From Balanoglossus misakiensis (lineage: Eukaryota; Animalia; Hemichordata), in assembly GCA_040954595.2 (NCBI GenBank), contig CM082578.2:5128831-5192830 (forward strand): a DNA stretch of 64,000 nt. Direction: 5' to 3'. Both the position numbers and the translations under genes were made by a program. The stretch's first letter is position 1. Each line of letters starts with the position of its first letter. The notes under the pieces were generated by a model. The model was not told the DNA's origin. It saw nothing but the letters and a program-made list of their open reading frames with translations, and did no database searches. Below are positions 52,601 through 64,000 of this stretch, in pieces.

Positions 52601-55600
52601 TATGAAATTGATTAATTACGATGGAATATTATCAGCTCTCCTTCTCAGACACGGGGGCTGTTCCATCAATTACGTCAACTAGCTGAGAAAATGAGTTACG
52701 GTGTTAATGTCAGAGAAATCAATTACCGGCGTACTCTCTCCTTCTTTTTTTTCCATAGCGAGTAATTGTGTGGGAAGTGCTTTTTCCCAGGTAGCTACCT
52801 GCATTAAGTGAACTAGGAAAATGTCAAACTGTGTGTAAGGTCACCTTTGGGTGTCCCTAGTGATCGGGGGAAAGTTAGCGGTGCCCTATCTTGGCTTCGC
52901 ATCAGTATTTGAGGCCAAATTCTGGGAAATGATTGCTGTCACACGGGAAACAATATTTCATGAACTTTGCTCTATATGCGCATTGATGCCTCGGTATTAT
53001 CCGTCATTAATTTGGCGATTTTTATCTAAATGGTTTCGGTCGATGTGATCTAAATATAGAATAATATATATCGTTAACGTCATTCCGGGAAAATAAATGA
53101 TCGAGACAGCACACGCATCTGAGCTTTAAAACCAAACCTGTTTTGCATGCAAATTAAGTACATACGTCAAGCCGGTAATGTCAAAGACTGGGTCAGGATC
53201 TCAGACATCATTTTACTTTTCCTTCATCTGGGGTCAGAATCAATTCATTTGTCTTTAGAAGGTATTTGACTGAGCGCTGCAAGATAGTGGATTGCTCACA
53301 TATATATGGTGGCTGCAGTGTATTGTAACCTATCTGCCATTCTAGTCTGTGTCAAACAGCTGTCATACTACCGGTGTATTAAATAATGCCTGGATTTCAT
53401 CCCTAGAAGGAAAAGTGTTTCATCGTGTCAAGTGCACTGAAAATCTTCAGGGCACGGAGAAAGCAAGGGTCAAAGCTAAGGTCATCTAGGGGAGAGGTGC
53501 GCACTCTGCAAACTGCTTTTCTTATTGCGATCCACAAGTCTAGTTAATGTGATGAACCGAGAACATTGCCACTGCCAAACAGTATCAGTATTGAAAAGAC
53601 TCTACATCATGGTTTCCATGACAACAAAACATAAGACTCCGAGGACATGGCAGAACAGTACATCAATAATAAATAGCTGCATTTATTTTACCGAAGAGAA
53701 CTAAAAACTTACTGCGAGTGAAAAATTTATTTTATTACAGTATGTTTACATCTTCACTTACAAGAAAAAAAAATGGGACATGGCTCAAAAATGAAAGTGC
53801 TTTATGTTCCCATTGTAACTGATCCCAAAACCCAGAAGTTATTTTTAGAAATGATGGCTCTAGTGATTTAAATCACTTGCACTTGAAACAATACTGTCCT
53901 ATTTCTTTTATAAAGTCGGACATGACCGTCATAAAATTGTGGAACGAAATAGTCATTATAAGTAAATTGCTTATGGCAAACCATTATTTCCAGGAAAGAT
54001 AACAAAATACCAGTGGAATAATTAATCACTTACGCAGAAATATGTATTCACAAAACTGTTCAATCATGTCAACAATAACAAGGCCACAGCTAGAACTGAA
54101 ACAAAGTGGTGAAAATTGTCAAAAATATCAAACTGGTGACCTAGTAATAAAAAATAAAATGTCAAAGATAAAAAAAATGCATATAAACAGCAATATGAAA
54201 CCAAAATCGAATATTATTAATGATTTCCGAGATTGTCAATACAAAGTTACTATAGTGCTTTACTTCACGCGCATCAGCGATCAGTACATCTGATTGATTT
54301 TTTTTTGGAGGCACATAAAAAGAAACAATCGATTTCACTTTTTCAAATATTCATACAGAATTCTAAAAATAGCCGGCAATGCAGCGAGTCCAAATGAATG
54401 AGCAACAAACATAACCTCTGATGACGTACGACCATTTTTGACATGCAAATGTTACTATCACAATTGATTGAGCGATTTCAGAAGTGAATCGGCGTCATAA
54501 TATTTACATGCTATACGCACCTGCAGTATGAGAAGATTTGCATCTGCTGACGTCACACATTGGAGCGATGTCTTCCAAAGATCGCCGTGGCAACCAAGGG
54601 GAGCCATGACGATGTTTCCATAATATACGGCTTACTATACACTGACGTCATTACACTAACCTCATGCAAATTCAACCCACTTCTTTTTCTGACCGTGTTG
54701 TGCTAACTGCTTCCATGCAGACAGCAGAAAAAAAAAGGATGGTTGACACAAGCGGCAACTGTGTCTGGTTTCTAGGGGCGCCACACCGCGCTTGAGGAAC
54801 TCCGATGTCTACGCACAACCCTGGAGAGATTACACCTGGCAAAGATTCACTCACTCAAAAATATTGCTAAATAAACACACAATATTAAAACAATTCACAT
54901 TTTATAAAGAAGATATATTTTATTTAAATAATCTCATCAGATCATTACAATATGCAATTACAACATTATGAATGTTTCAACTAATAATTTTACAAATCAG
55001 GAGGAGTTAATGACTATTCAATGCCATTTTACTATACATGAATATTTATTCGGTATTCACTGACTTTGACCTTTAGACAGTAGACAGTAGTAGAAACTGC
55101 CTGTGCTTTCTGAAATTCATTATTATTGCTGTGATCCCAATGTTTTATTGTGGATGGTACCATTATTGGTGGAGGGGTGGCAGGTATCAGACAAAGGGGC
55201 AGTTGCAAAATTGTGATGCTGAAAGATACAGCTGCAGTCTCCTCCACAAAAGTCACTTTCATGTGATTTTTTTATCGGCTGAAATATTCCAAATATGTAT
55301 TTGGAGAAAATGAAAGTTGACATCTAAGAAAATCTACAATCTAGACATATTATTAAAAAGTAGACATAGGACAGATTCCAATTTTAAATGGTTAATGTAA
55401 AATGCGTACAAAAACTTTGTGTTTTTTGTTTTTCCATTATTCAACACATTCAGCATGTCTGGCAACACTTCGCAAACTGTTTAATGGACTGAATCATCTA
55501 TGGTTTAAATGTCAAACCGTGACTCAAGACAAAAATTGTTTTTGAAAAGTGAGTAACACACCGGGGGTAATTTCAGAGGCAGAGGGGAATTGACGACAGT

Positions 55601-55690
55601 CACAATGAAAATATATCCCTAAAGTCAACCAGACCAAATTTGTCCATCTGTCCAGCTTGTTTTGAGGAGGCTGTGACTTGGATGACGTGC

Positions 55691-55787
55691 TCACACTTCC
55701 CATGAGAATGGGTCTGAGAAGTGATTGCCCCGTCGCTCAGCGCTCTCTACCTTACTGATGATGTCCCACTGGCCTCCATTATAACAC
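55691..55787 (-). other. Candidate terminal exon of an unidentified minus-strand gene
   Basis: Acceptor cgtttttcttaaatcacAG (55789-55788), then GC-richer sequence whose longest frame is CYNGGQWDIISKVESAERRGNHFSDPFSWEV*, then an AT-rich UTR-like stretch ending at AATAAA (54924-54919). Protein not recognised. Confidence 0.35.
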
Positions 55788-58700
55788 CTGTGATTTAAGA
55801 AAAACGAAAACAGAGTTGTTAAATCGCGTACTTAACTGGTGTCATTTCAAATGTTAACAGGTTCGACTTCTTTAATACTCAGCTGACTCAGATACCCACA
55901 ATTCCATCTGATGGACCCATATGGCCAGAAGTGCTCAAAGACTTCTTCACTATGTGTAACTTTCGACTATTTTTTTCAGTAGTTTTGTTCTGTATATCAA
56001 CCATGTTATCTTATGTGGCTCCCAGAAGCATGTATGCCTATGCCTAATAATATTACTTAACACAGCCTGCTAGTGCAGGTTGAACATTTTGCAGGTACTA
56101 CAACAGAAATGACGATAGCGCATGAAAGATTTCATGACCAACGTCTGTATAAGCTAGCATTTTGCTTGGATTATTTCACAGATTGTGCAACTCGATTTTA
56201 CATTCTGTCTGTCAATAAGCACAGCCACAACTGTATTATATCAGACTACCAGTCTGCCTGTTTCTTATTTCTTTTTTATCCTTTGAATTCATCTGATAGT
56301 TGTGCAGTGGTCTGAGCATATCCATTAAAGTAACAAACTTACATAAATTTTGCAGTTTAGTTGTGGATTTCAAACGTATTTCATAATTTTTCACCGAGAT
56401 GGGGGGGGGGGGGGGGGGGGTGAGAACTGCCGAGCACAAGATGAAATTGAGACCAGCTTTTGAATTTGTGAACCTTCATCACATTTGTAGGGCGGTGTGT
56501 TAAAATATATGAAGCCCATATGTTTCTACCTGTTGGGGGACTAAAAATACACACATAAAAAAAAAGTTGACAGACATGAATACAAAAGACCAGTTGTCAC
56601 ATACAAGCCAGTCACTGCCCGCACTCGGATAAATATAGGACAGACAGACACGACAGGTCACCATTTATGTGAAAGGGCCAATGATCGGAAGTAACAGAGT
56701 TCAAATGGTCACAATATGACAACGCACAGACATATGTAACATCATATATTCTTCTGAACGCCAAACAGACACTTAACTGACATTTGTAGGATTCCTTGCA
56801 AGTCTTATAAAAATCCCAGGAATGAAAAGTTTTTCGGGTGACTTTCTTGTCGAAAATGCAAGTTTCCATATTGAATGAAATGATAAAAAAAAGTGAAAGT
56901 TCAGAATTTGTCAACTCTGCTTACAAAATTGTCAATTATGAACAATAGCAAAAATGCACCAATACTTTCTAGAAGACAATTTTAATTCTTTTCCATGACT
57001 TTCCAAGCATGCCTTTAAATTCCAAATTTCAGGACCTCCTAGGATGCTCTTATTACGAACCCTGCAATGTCAACTTTTGGGGGAGGAATCATTGAATGAT
57101 ATGATTGTCTGTATATACAGACAGGAAACAGTTTTAGACCTTTACTGACTAGACGTCTAATTTTATAAGCAGACACAAAATTGAATACTGTCTGACTAGG
57201 GTTAACACACAGAAAAACACACAGTAGCACAATAATGCAATGAATACTAGCTAGACTCAGCAAGTGAAAGTGTATATTTCTGGCTCCATATTGAATGAAA
57301 TGATAAAAAAGAAAAAAAAGCTAATAACTTGCAACTTTGACTGGAACGCTATTTACAGATAAAACCAGACAGACTGAATGGAGCATTTATGCACTTATTC
57401 TTGGTGTTATTTTTGAGGCCAAAATTACACAGTTGCAAGATACAGATACAAATTTATAAGTTGATGTTCCAGTACCAAATATATCGGTACTACAGCAGAC
57501 AACATAATCACTTGCAAAGTCGAACTGCTGGATCTAGGATTCCATATTGCATCAGGACTAGCATGATGGGTGCAAATCACCAACTGTCACATGTCTGGTC
57601 CAAGTGTGTTACTTTCATTCTGATTGTTAAACCCTTTAAGAATCATTAACTGCAAGGCATTGGCACAAGGGTGAACGTGAAGAAGAAGAAAAAGAAAAAA
57701 AAAACATGGGTGTCAAGAGATAAATGGGTTTTCCCAGGGTTCCTGGCCAATAGGACACCCTGCATGAAAAGACAAAAAATGTACCTGACACCCCAGGCTG
57801 ATGTGAATGAGCTCATTGATCGTAATTTTGCTGCGGGTTCCCACAGAGACGAATATGTCCTTGCAGAGTGTTTTAAAAAGAAATGCTTCTGAATTTACTG
57901 ACAACTGCATCGTCTATACCCTTGCCACAGATGGCCAAGTCTAGATTGCCATGGTAACCTTTATTCAGGGTTGCCGTGTTTACTTCAGTTTCAGTTATGC
58001 ATCTCTTTTTTTTCACGTCTGCCAAGATGTAAATAAATGCATCCGCAAATTTCCTAATACATAAAGTGCATATCTGTTTGCTTTCTTAGAATGGTCATTA
58101 TTTCAACTTTAAATTCATGCAATGCACACTTTTGAAACAATGGCTCTATGCCCCACAATTAACATAGCTTATACTTGATGTTAATATCGTATTTGCCATC
58201 CTCCCCCAGCCCAGACCTCAGTCATTCAACTCTTCTTCCAAAAATATAGGATATATAGCCAGCCTGCACCTCAAATACTTAGACAGCCATTTTTCGTCAT
58301 TTTAGCAGTCCTTTTTTATGATTTTGGAGATATTTTCCCCAGATACAGAAATCAAGTCCATTAAGTAACTAAATTTTATGAGTACATGTATGAAGAATTT
58401 GAATTTCTACATTCCACTGTAAACTATACACACCCAGTCACCTGCCATTGATTCAATACAGGATTAATTGACCTTTGGACTAACCTTTATTGTCAGTGGT
58501 CAATTAATTTGTGCATGGTTAATTAAGTTATCCCTGGATAAAAGCTAGTATAAATGGTTACTGAAACTGTCAATGGTTAATTCAACTGGCCATGGACTAA
58601 CTCACTTATCTATATATCACAGTGGTTGCACAATATTAAGATATTCATTTTTTGTTGGTGTAAGCTCTTATTTGGAATGAGACATTGGCTTTAAATTTGA

Positions 58701-59153
58701 TAAAATTAAAGCATTTAACATTCACTCTCAAGTCAAAGCTTATTATTTTGAATAACATACCGGTAATACCAAAAACAAAGATATTTTATCCTTAAAACAT
58801 ATCCGATTTCTGGTTGTGACTAGTAGTACAATGACCCATATATAAGTAAAGTTCAAATAATCTGAGCTTCCTGGAAAAGTGCAGCTTCAAGGAGATTCCA
58901 CACTGTCCTTGACAGCTTCGAAGAAAACTGCAGATTCGTTGTGATTGCCTCAATTATTAATGGCTAACTCTTTGTGTACATGAATATGACTTTCTACCGA
59001 TAATGACAGCCTGACATGACCATAGCCACTTCGTTCACTATATGCATATGGAGCTTCTCTGAGGTCTATGCTTTGCAAGTATTTAAAGAGAATATTTGTA
59101 GGAAAAACTTACATGTGTGTTACAACTGTCTTGACTAGGGTCATTCTACTGTG

Positions 59154-59203
59154 GAATGAATGAATGAAGGAATGAATGAAGGAACGAACGAACGAACGAA
59201 CGA
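59154..59203. repeat. (GAAT)/(GAAC) compound microsatellite
   Basis: Reverse-complement equivalent of the ATTC/GTTC array at 16893. Confidence 0.85.
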
Positions 59204-62200
59204 AACAAACACAAGAATTTGGCAAATTCACATATGGTACTGACTTTTGTATACCTAAAGTTTGTATCAAGTAATTACTAATACTGTACTATGAAGTTTT
59301 TCTCATGTAATTTCAATCATCAATGTACATGAAGACTGATGAAATTTGTCAAAAGCGCAAAATCAGAAGTTACTTGGGAAATGTCTCCCATTACTTCTGG
59401 TTTGCAAACCACCTGTTGAATAACCAATTACTTGACTTAAAACTACTCAGTATCTTTTACTGCAAGCACAAGTTCTATCAAATTTGGTGCAGTTTTAAAA
59501 TGTACCTCTATGCCTTCAAAAAAGGCACTGAAATGCAAGGTAGCAGTTTATTCAGAGGATGCAACTAAATTAAATATCTAAATATCATCAAATCCATGTA
59601 AGGTTAACATCAGACAAAAGTTTAATTAACCTTGGTGTAGCACACCTTGAAATTGAATCCCAGCTGCAATATTTCATAAACCAGATAAAAAGTACATCGT
59701 ATATCTCAAGCAAGATTTATTTCTCAATGGATCTGCTCTTATTTCCTATGAAAACATAGACGTTTGTTGTTTGGCTCAGCGTGGAGACTATGCGGTACAT
59801 GGCATCAATGGCCATGCACATCTCTTCAAAAACTATCACTGGAGGCAAAGAAACTTTTCTGAATGAGACGCCAGTTCTGACTGCATGCATTCACAGCTGG
59901 TGTATTCTCCCACAATGCAACGTTCCATTGACTGCAGACACGCACTGCAAACTACGAGAGTGAGATCAAAAAAGAAATGTGAATGAAATCTAGACAAACT
60001 GAATAACTTTGACACGTTTTTTTGAATTAATCTTTTGTGGATCTGTCTCCAACAATACACTAGCTCTCAATAGCTACCTCACTTTTGAAAAATGTGCCAT
60101 ATTTCATAATCTACACATATGTGATCTGCTGGTGTATAGTTGGGGTAAGTAGCTTAGCTGTGTCAGCTGTACACAACAGACTGCAACAGAACAGGACAGG
60201 ACAGTCAGTCATTGCCCTCAACAACCTTTGCAATGTCACCTCGATGAGAAAGGTTAACTGAAAATATTGGAAAGTATATCAAACACCAAGAATAAGGCAA
60301 ATCTAAATTCAGTACAGTGAAACCTGTCTATAGTATAAAATGGCCAATATCTGTAACTGCTGGGTATTTTAGAGTACATTTTGCTTTTTGTATCAATTAC
60401 AAGTTTTTTTCTCCCCATAATATCCAAAATAGCCAGTTTTTCTGTCGTCACCAAGTCATGTACCGTATGTTTGTACTGACCACGCACTTAAAGTCTGGAC
60501 AATTTTTGAATAATAACAATATAGAATGTGCATACACAAAACACAAGAAACAGCAATAGATACACAAAACAAAAAAATACTGAAAACACAGAGAAAAGTT
60601 ACAGCTAATACTGTGAGTGGAAGGGCATGAAAACTTTGAAGGTGATCCCTGATTGGGGGTTTCTGAATGAAAATGATCCCACTATGCTATCCATATATCA
60701 TCTGTATTATCTACACATCATCTGTACACGAGTGACGCAGCCACTGCAGTAAGATCATTGCTGCAATAAGACAATTGTCCAGATGGACTGCCTTTCTTTA
60801 ATATCCTAAAACTTCGAAACTTTCTTGATCCATAATTGAGTACATCATTTTTAATAACTATTAACTAACAGTGAAATGTGAGCCTTTGAATAGATACTTT
60901 CTGTCATCATCTGTCAGATATCCATATGATGAGTGGGTGGAAGGGAGGGGGCAGGGAAGAGGAGGGGGGAAATTAGTGGGTTGTAACAACAGGGAATATT
61001 TAACAGCACATCCCACAGTACAAAAGTAATTAACACAATGTCAAATAATGCAAAATCAAACTCATTTGCCACTGGAAAAGTTGATTGATGGCATTTCGGC
61101 AAATTTTCAGTAAATGTTAACTACACGGACATCCTTCAATTGAATGTCACCAGAGATTTCACGTCTGACGTTTAAGTTACGTTAAAAAACAATACCCTTC
61201 AAACAAAAACCCAACAACAATCATTGTGGGCTTGGCATTTTGCTTTCACCAGACTCTCCTATTTCACGCCCACTCAAGGGGCCCCGTGTGGTCGTCCAAT
61301 TAAATGCCAGTCCAATTAGCCTTTGTAGGAAGAACCTGGGGAAAAAGTCAAACTTTTCTGGAGAAAAAATCCAACCTTTTCACATGAAACAGGATATCTC
61401 CTGTTTTCTCTGGAAAAAGTTCGGTGTGTCATGTATCAGCCTTTGATGAACTGACATCTTCCAAGAAATGTTTCTCCTTCAAGTCTTGGTCAAGGTGCAT
61501 ATTAAGAACTTTTGTGCATCTCTCTTTGCAAGATAATCACTTATTAGTACACTGTCCTGATGCGCTCCCCGTAGGATTAAAGTTATCCTTTAAACATGCC
61601 TGCCCTCGATCAATGGGAGATAATTAGCAGGTTTCGCGATTTATAAAGGACAGTACTGTATTTCTATATGTCATATGCCTTCTCATTTCATTTTTTTTCT
61701 TCAAAGTTTATGCTGAAATGATTGTGTCTGCTCAATACATAATGATGTACAGGTACAATAAAGTAAAATGTCAGAATTGTAATCTTCTTTAGCCTGAAAA
61801 CTCAGACGTGTCTTGCGCTGAAAGGAGAGTTACAAGTTCTGTAATTGTTGTCGCCAAATCTTATATCTGATTAATTGGAGACTATCCACATTTTATCGAT
61901 GGCGCAGTGAATAAGCTGAGGTGGAATCCTGATTGAAAATATGACAGTTCACGGCATTTGAAAAAGCATAGAAGAGAGCGAGACAGATGCATTGTGTCTC
62001 GAGGCCGTGCGTGCGTGTCTTCAAGTGACACCAACATGTGTCTGATTAAGTGGCTCTAAGCTGTTGCACTGAAAATCATCCACTGGTTTTGATAGCTTCG
62101 CGTTTACAATACAGCATATGTCAAGACAGATTTCAACGACGCAACCCTTGAGACGAGAACTAGAATTTAAAGCACATGTTCGTCTCTGCAGTTGTCTATG

Positions 62201-64000
62201 TTTGAGTTTCTGACATTCTTTGTTTTTTTGGTAGAATCAAACACTGAGCATATTTTTTCTAACAGATTTAGTCTCACTGCCATGAAGTTAGCAAAAAATA
62301 GAGGTACCGGTAATTCCAACATAGAATTTTCAACTTCTTTCATGACTTACATAGGTCTTACAAAATCACCATTTCTTTCTTATTAGGCCATCTCATAGGG
62401 GATTTGATTGATATACCGGTACATGTAAATGATTGCTACAGAAACTGTTTTGCAGTCTTTAATACGTCAGAAACAATATGCTTTGTCTTCGTGGCATATG
62501 TACAAAAATATTGGGTTTCAAACAAAAAATTGTGTTCTTGTGTTAAAAACATGTGTTTAATGAGTCAATGTCCTGGAATACCTGATAGTCCATGTGTATT
62601 ATCTTGAGGACATCTCCTTCAAATTAAGAGTTTGTAAAGTGGTCTCAAGGTGGAACCAACTGTTGCTATTTTTATAAAGTTGTTTACCTAATGTCAAATG
62701 ATGCCCTGCACAAACGGTTTACACCATGGACGACTGATGAGTGACTTTGCTGATTGGTTTTGAATAGCTAGCATACAAATTGGCTTTAAATTCAAAACAT
62801 CTCTGTCAGAAAGTCCCATAGGCAATAAACGTTTATGCATTTGATGATGGACACATTTTTAGACTGGTCTAATAAAGAAATTTATACAAAGAAACTGACC
62901 AATCACAGATGACCTTGCAACACCAGCTGAGGGTCAGCCTTGGCAAAACTATACCGGTATATCCAAACAGACAGTAATCTATGCAAATTTAGTCACAATA
63001 CTGTTGAAAGCAGAGATCTAGCCAATCATTTGTTTTCCCTGGGGACAGATTGTACTTTCGACCCCTGACCATGGGAGAGGGGGAGGGGGGGCAAACAAAT
63101 ACACTGGAATGATTATTTGAATAATAAATATTCATATTTTATGCATATTTATGATTACTGATTGGTTCAGAAGAAACCAGACCATTGAATTAACGGTTTA
63201 TTTACATTTCTAAATATGTGAATAGTCCTATAGATTACTGCCTCGTGTGCTTGAAGTTTATTAAATGATAGTATAACAGTAACACATGCTTTTTAATTAA
63301 CTTAATTAAATGAGTGAAAATAAGTGATAAGGGCATTCAAAAATTAAGTAAAACTGAATCTGTTTAGACTTGAATGTTAGCATTTAAAACCATGAAAACA
63401 AAGTCATTTCTGTTTTTTTTTTCCAGTCAGCACACTTGTGTGGTAACGACACAAGTGAAAGCAAAACTGCAGAATATACCCCCACACAGCTCACACATTG
63501 GCCATCACACATTGTACGCCGGAACTCAACTATTTCAAAAAAACAATGCTTAAGTAGCTAAACAAAGTCAAAGTAGATTCTGGGAATTCAAATGCGTACT
63601 GGTGCAGGATGTTACTAGCTCAGTAGGAGGTGTAACTATCAAGCCCAACAGATTACACTTTTCATCCAAAAATGTTTACACACCCAGGGAGCTGATAGCA
63701 AATTATGAACACCCCGATGGTCAATTTATCATACGTGCAGTGACGTCACGCAGGACTGTTGACGTCCTGAGGAAACTGTTGCCATACCCAAGCGATGAAT
63801 TCAAATTGGTCAATCGAGTTATCAGAGTCATTTCACTCTGCGACAATCTTAATGAAGTGGCAGTGACGCAGTTACTGTGTTGCAGTCCTCCGAGATGTCA
63901 CATGACCTTCCAGCAGACTAATCTGTGCATGTGTTTCTTCTGCATGGATGAAATCTTTTAATCGTGGTGGACATGTATCGGTTCGAACGGACAGACATGC

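Noticed and set aside
53083-58876. STAT/GAS sites TTCCGGGAA 53083, TTCCAGGAA 53988 and TTCCTGGAA 58868 as PIM enhancers
   Set aside because: TTCNNNGAA occurs scattered across the whole window, is not clustered, and lies far downstream of PIM.
1-64000. tRNA, rRNA, snRNA, CRISPR arrays, transposase or reverse-transcriptase ORFs
   Set aside because: None recognised. Scattered GGTTCGA-like words lack cloverleaf context, there is no regular repeat-spacer array, and the remaining short ORFs look like random open frames.

Overview
Intron-rich animal genomic DNA. An invertebrate deuterostome is my inference from protein similarity, intron positions and repeat style; the species is not determined. 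Four protein-coding genes can be built from splice sites: the 5' part of MRPL2 (- strand, runs off the window start), LSM8 (3 exons, 96 aa, intron 1 is minor-spliceosome/U12 type), OTUD5 (9 exons, 569 aa) and a PIM-family kinase (5 exons, 367 aa). OTUD5 lies upstream of PIM on the same strand, as human OTUD5-PIM2 does. The ~24 kb between them is CpG-rich and motif-dense, and contains a ~1.4 kb tandem duplication. One copy carries a PIF/Harbinger-type MITE and the other shows the empty site. Non-autonomous DNA transposons with TA, TAA/TTA, TTAA, 8-bp and 9-bp target duplications occur throughout. The most unusual signal is an excess of palindromic TA-NN-N'N'-TA octamers (TACATGTA, TACCGGTA, TACTAGTA, TAGGCCTA). 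Some are chained, and one is a clean +CATGTA difference between paralogous repeat copies. They look like accumulated Tc1/mariner-type excision footprints. The last ~17 kb has no recognisable gene, only candidate minus-strand terminal exons. No tRNA, rRNA, CRISPR array or transposase ORF was seen. All counts were made by eye.
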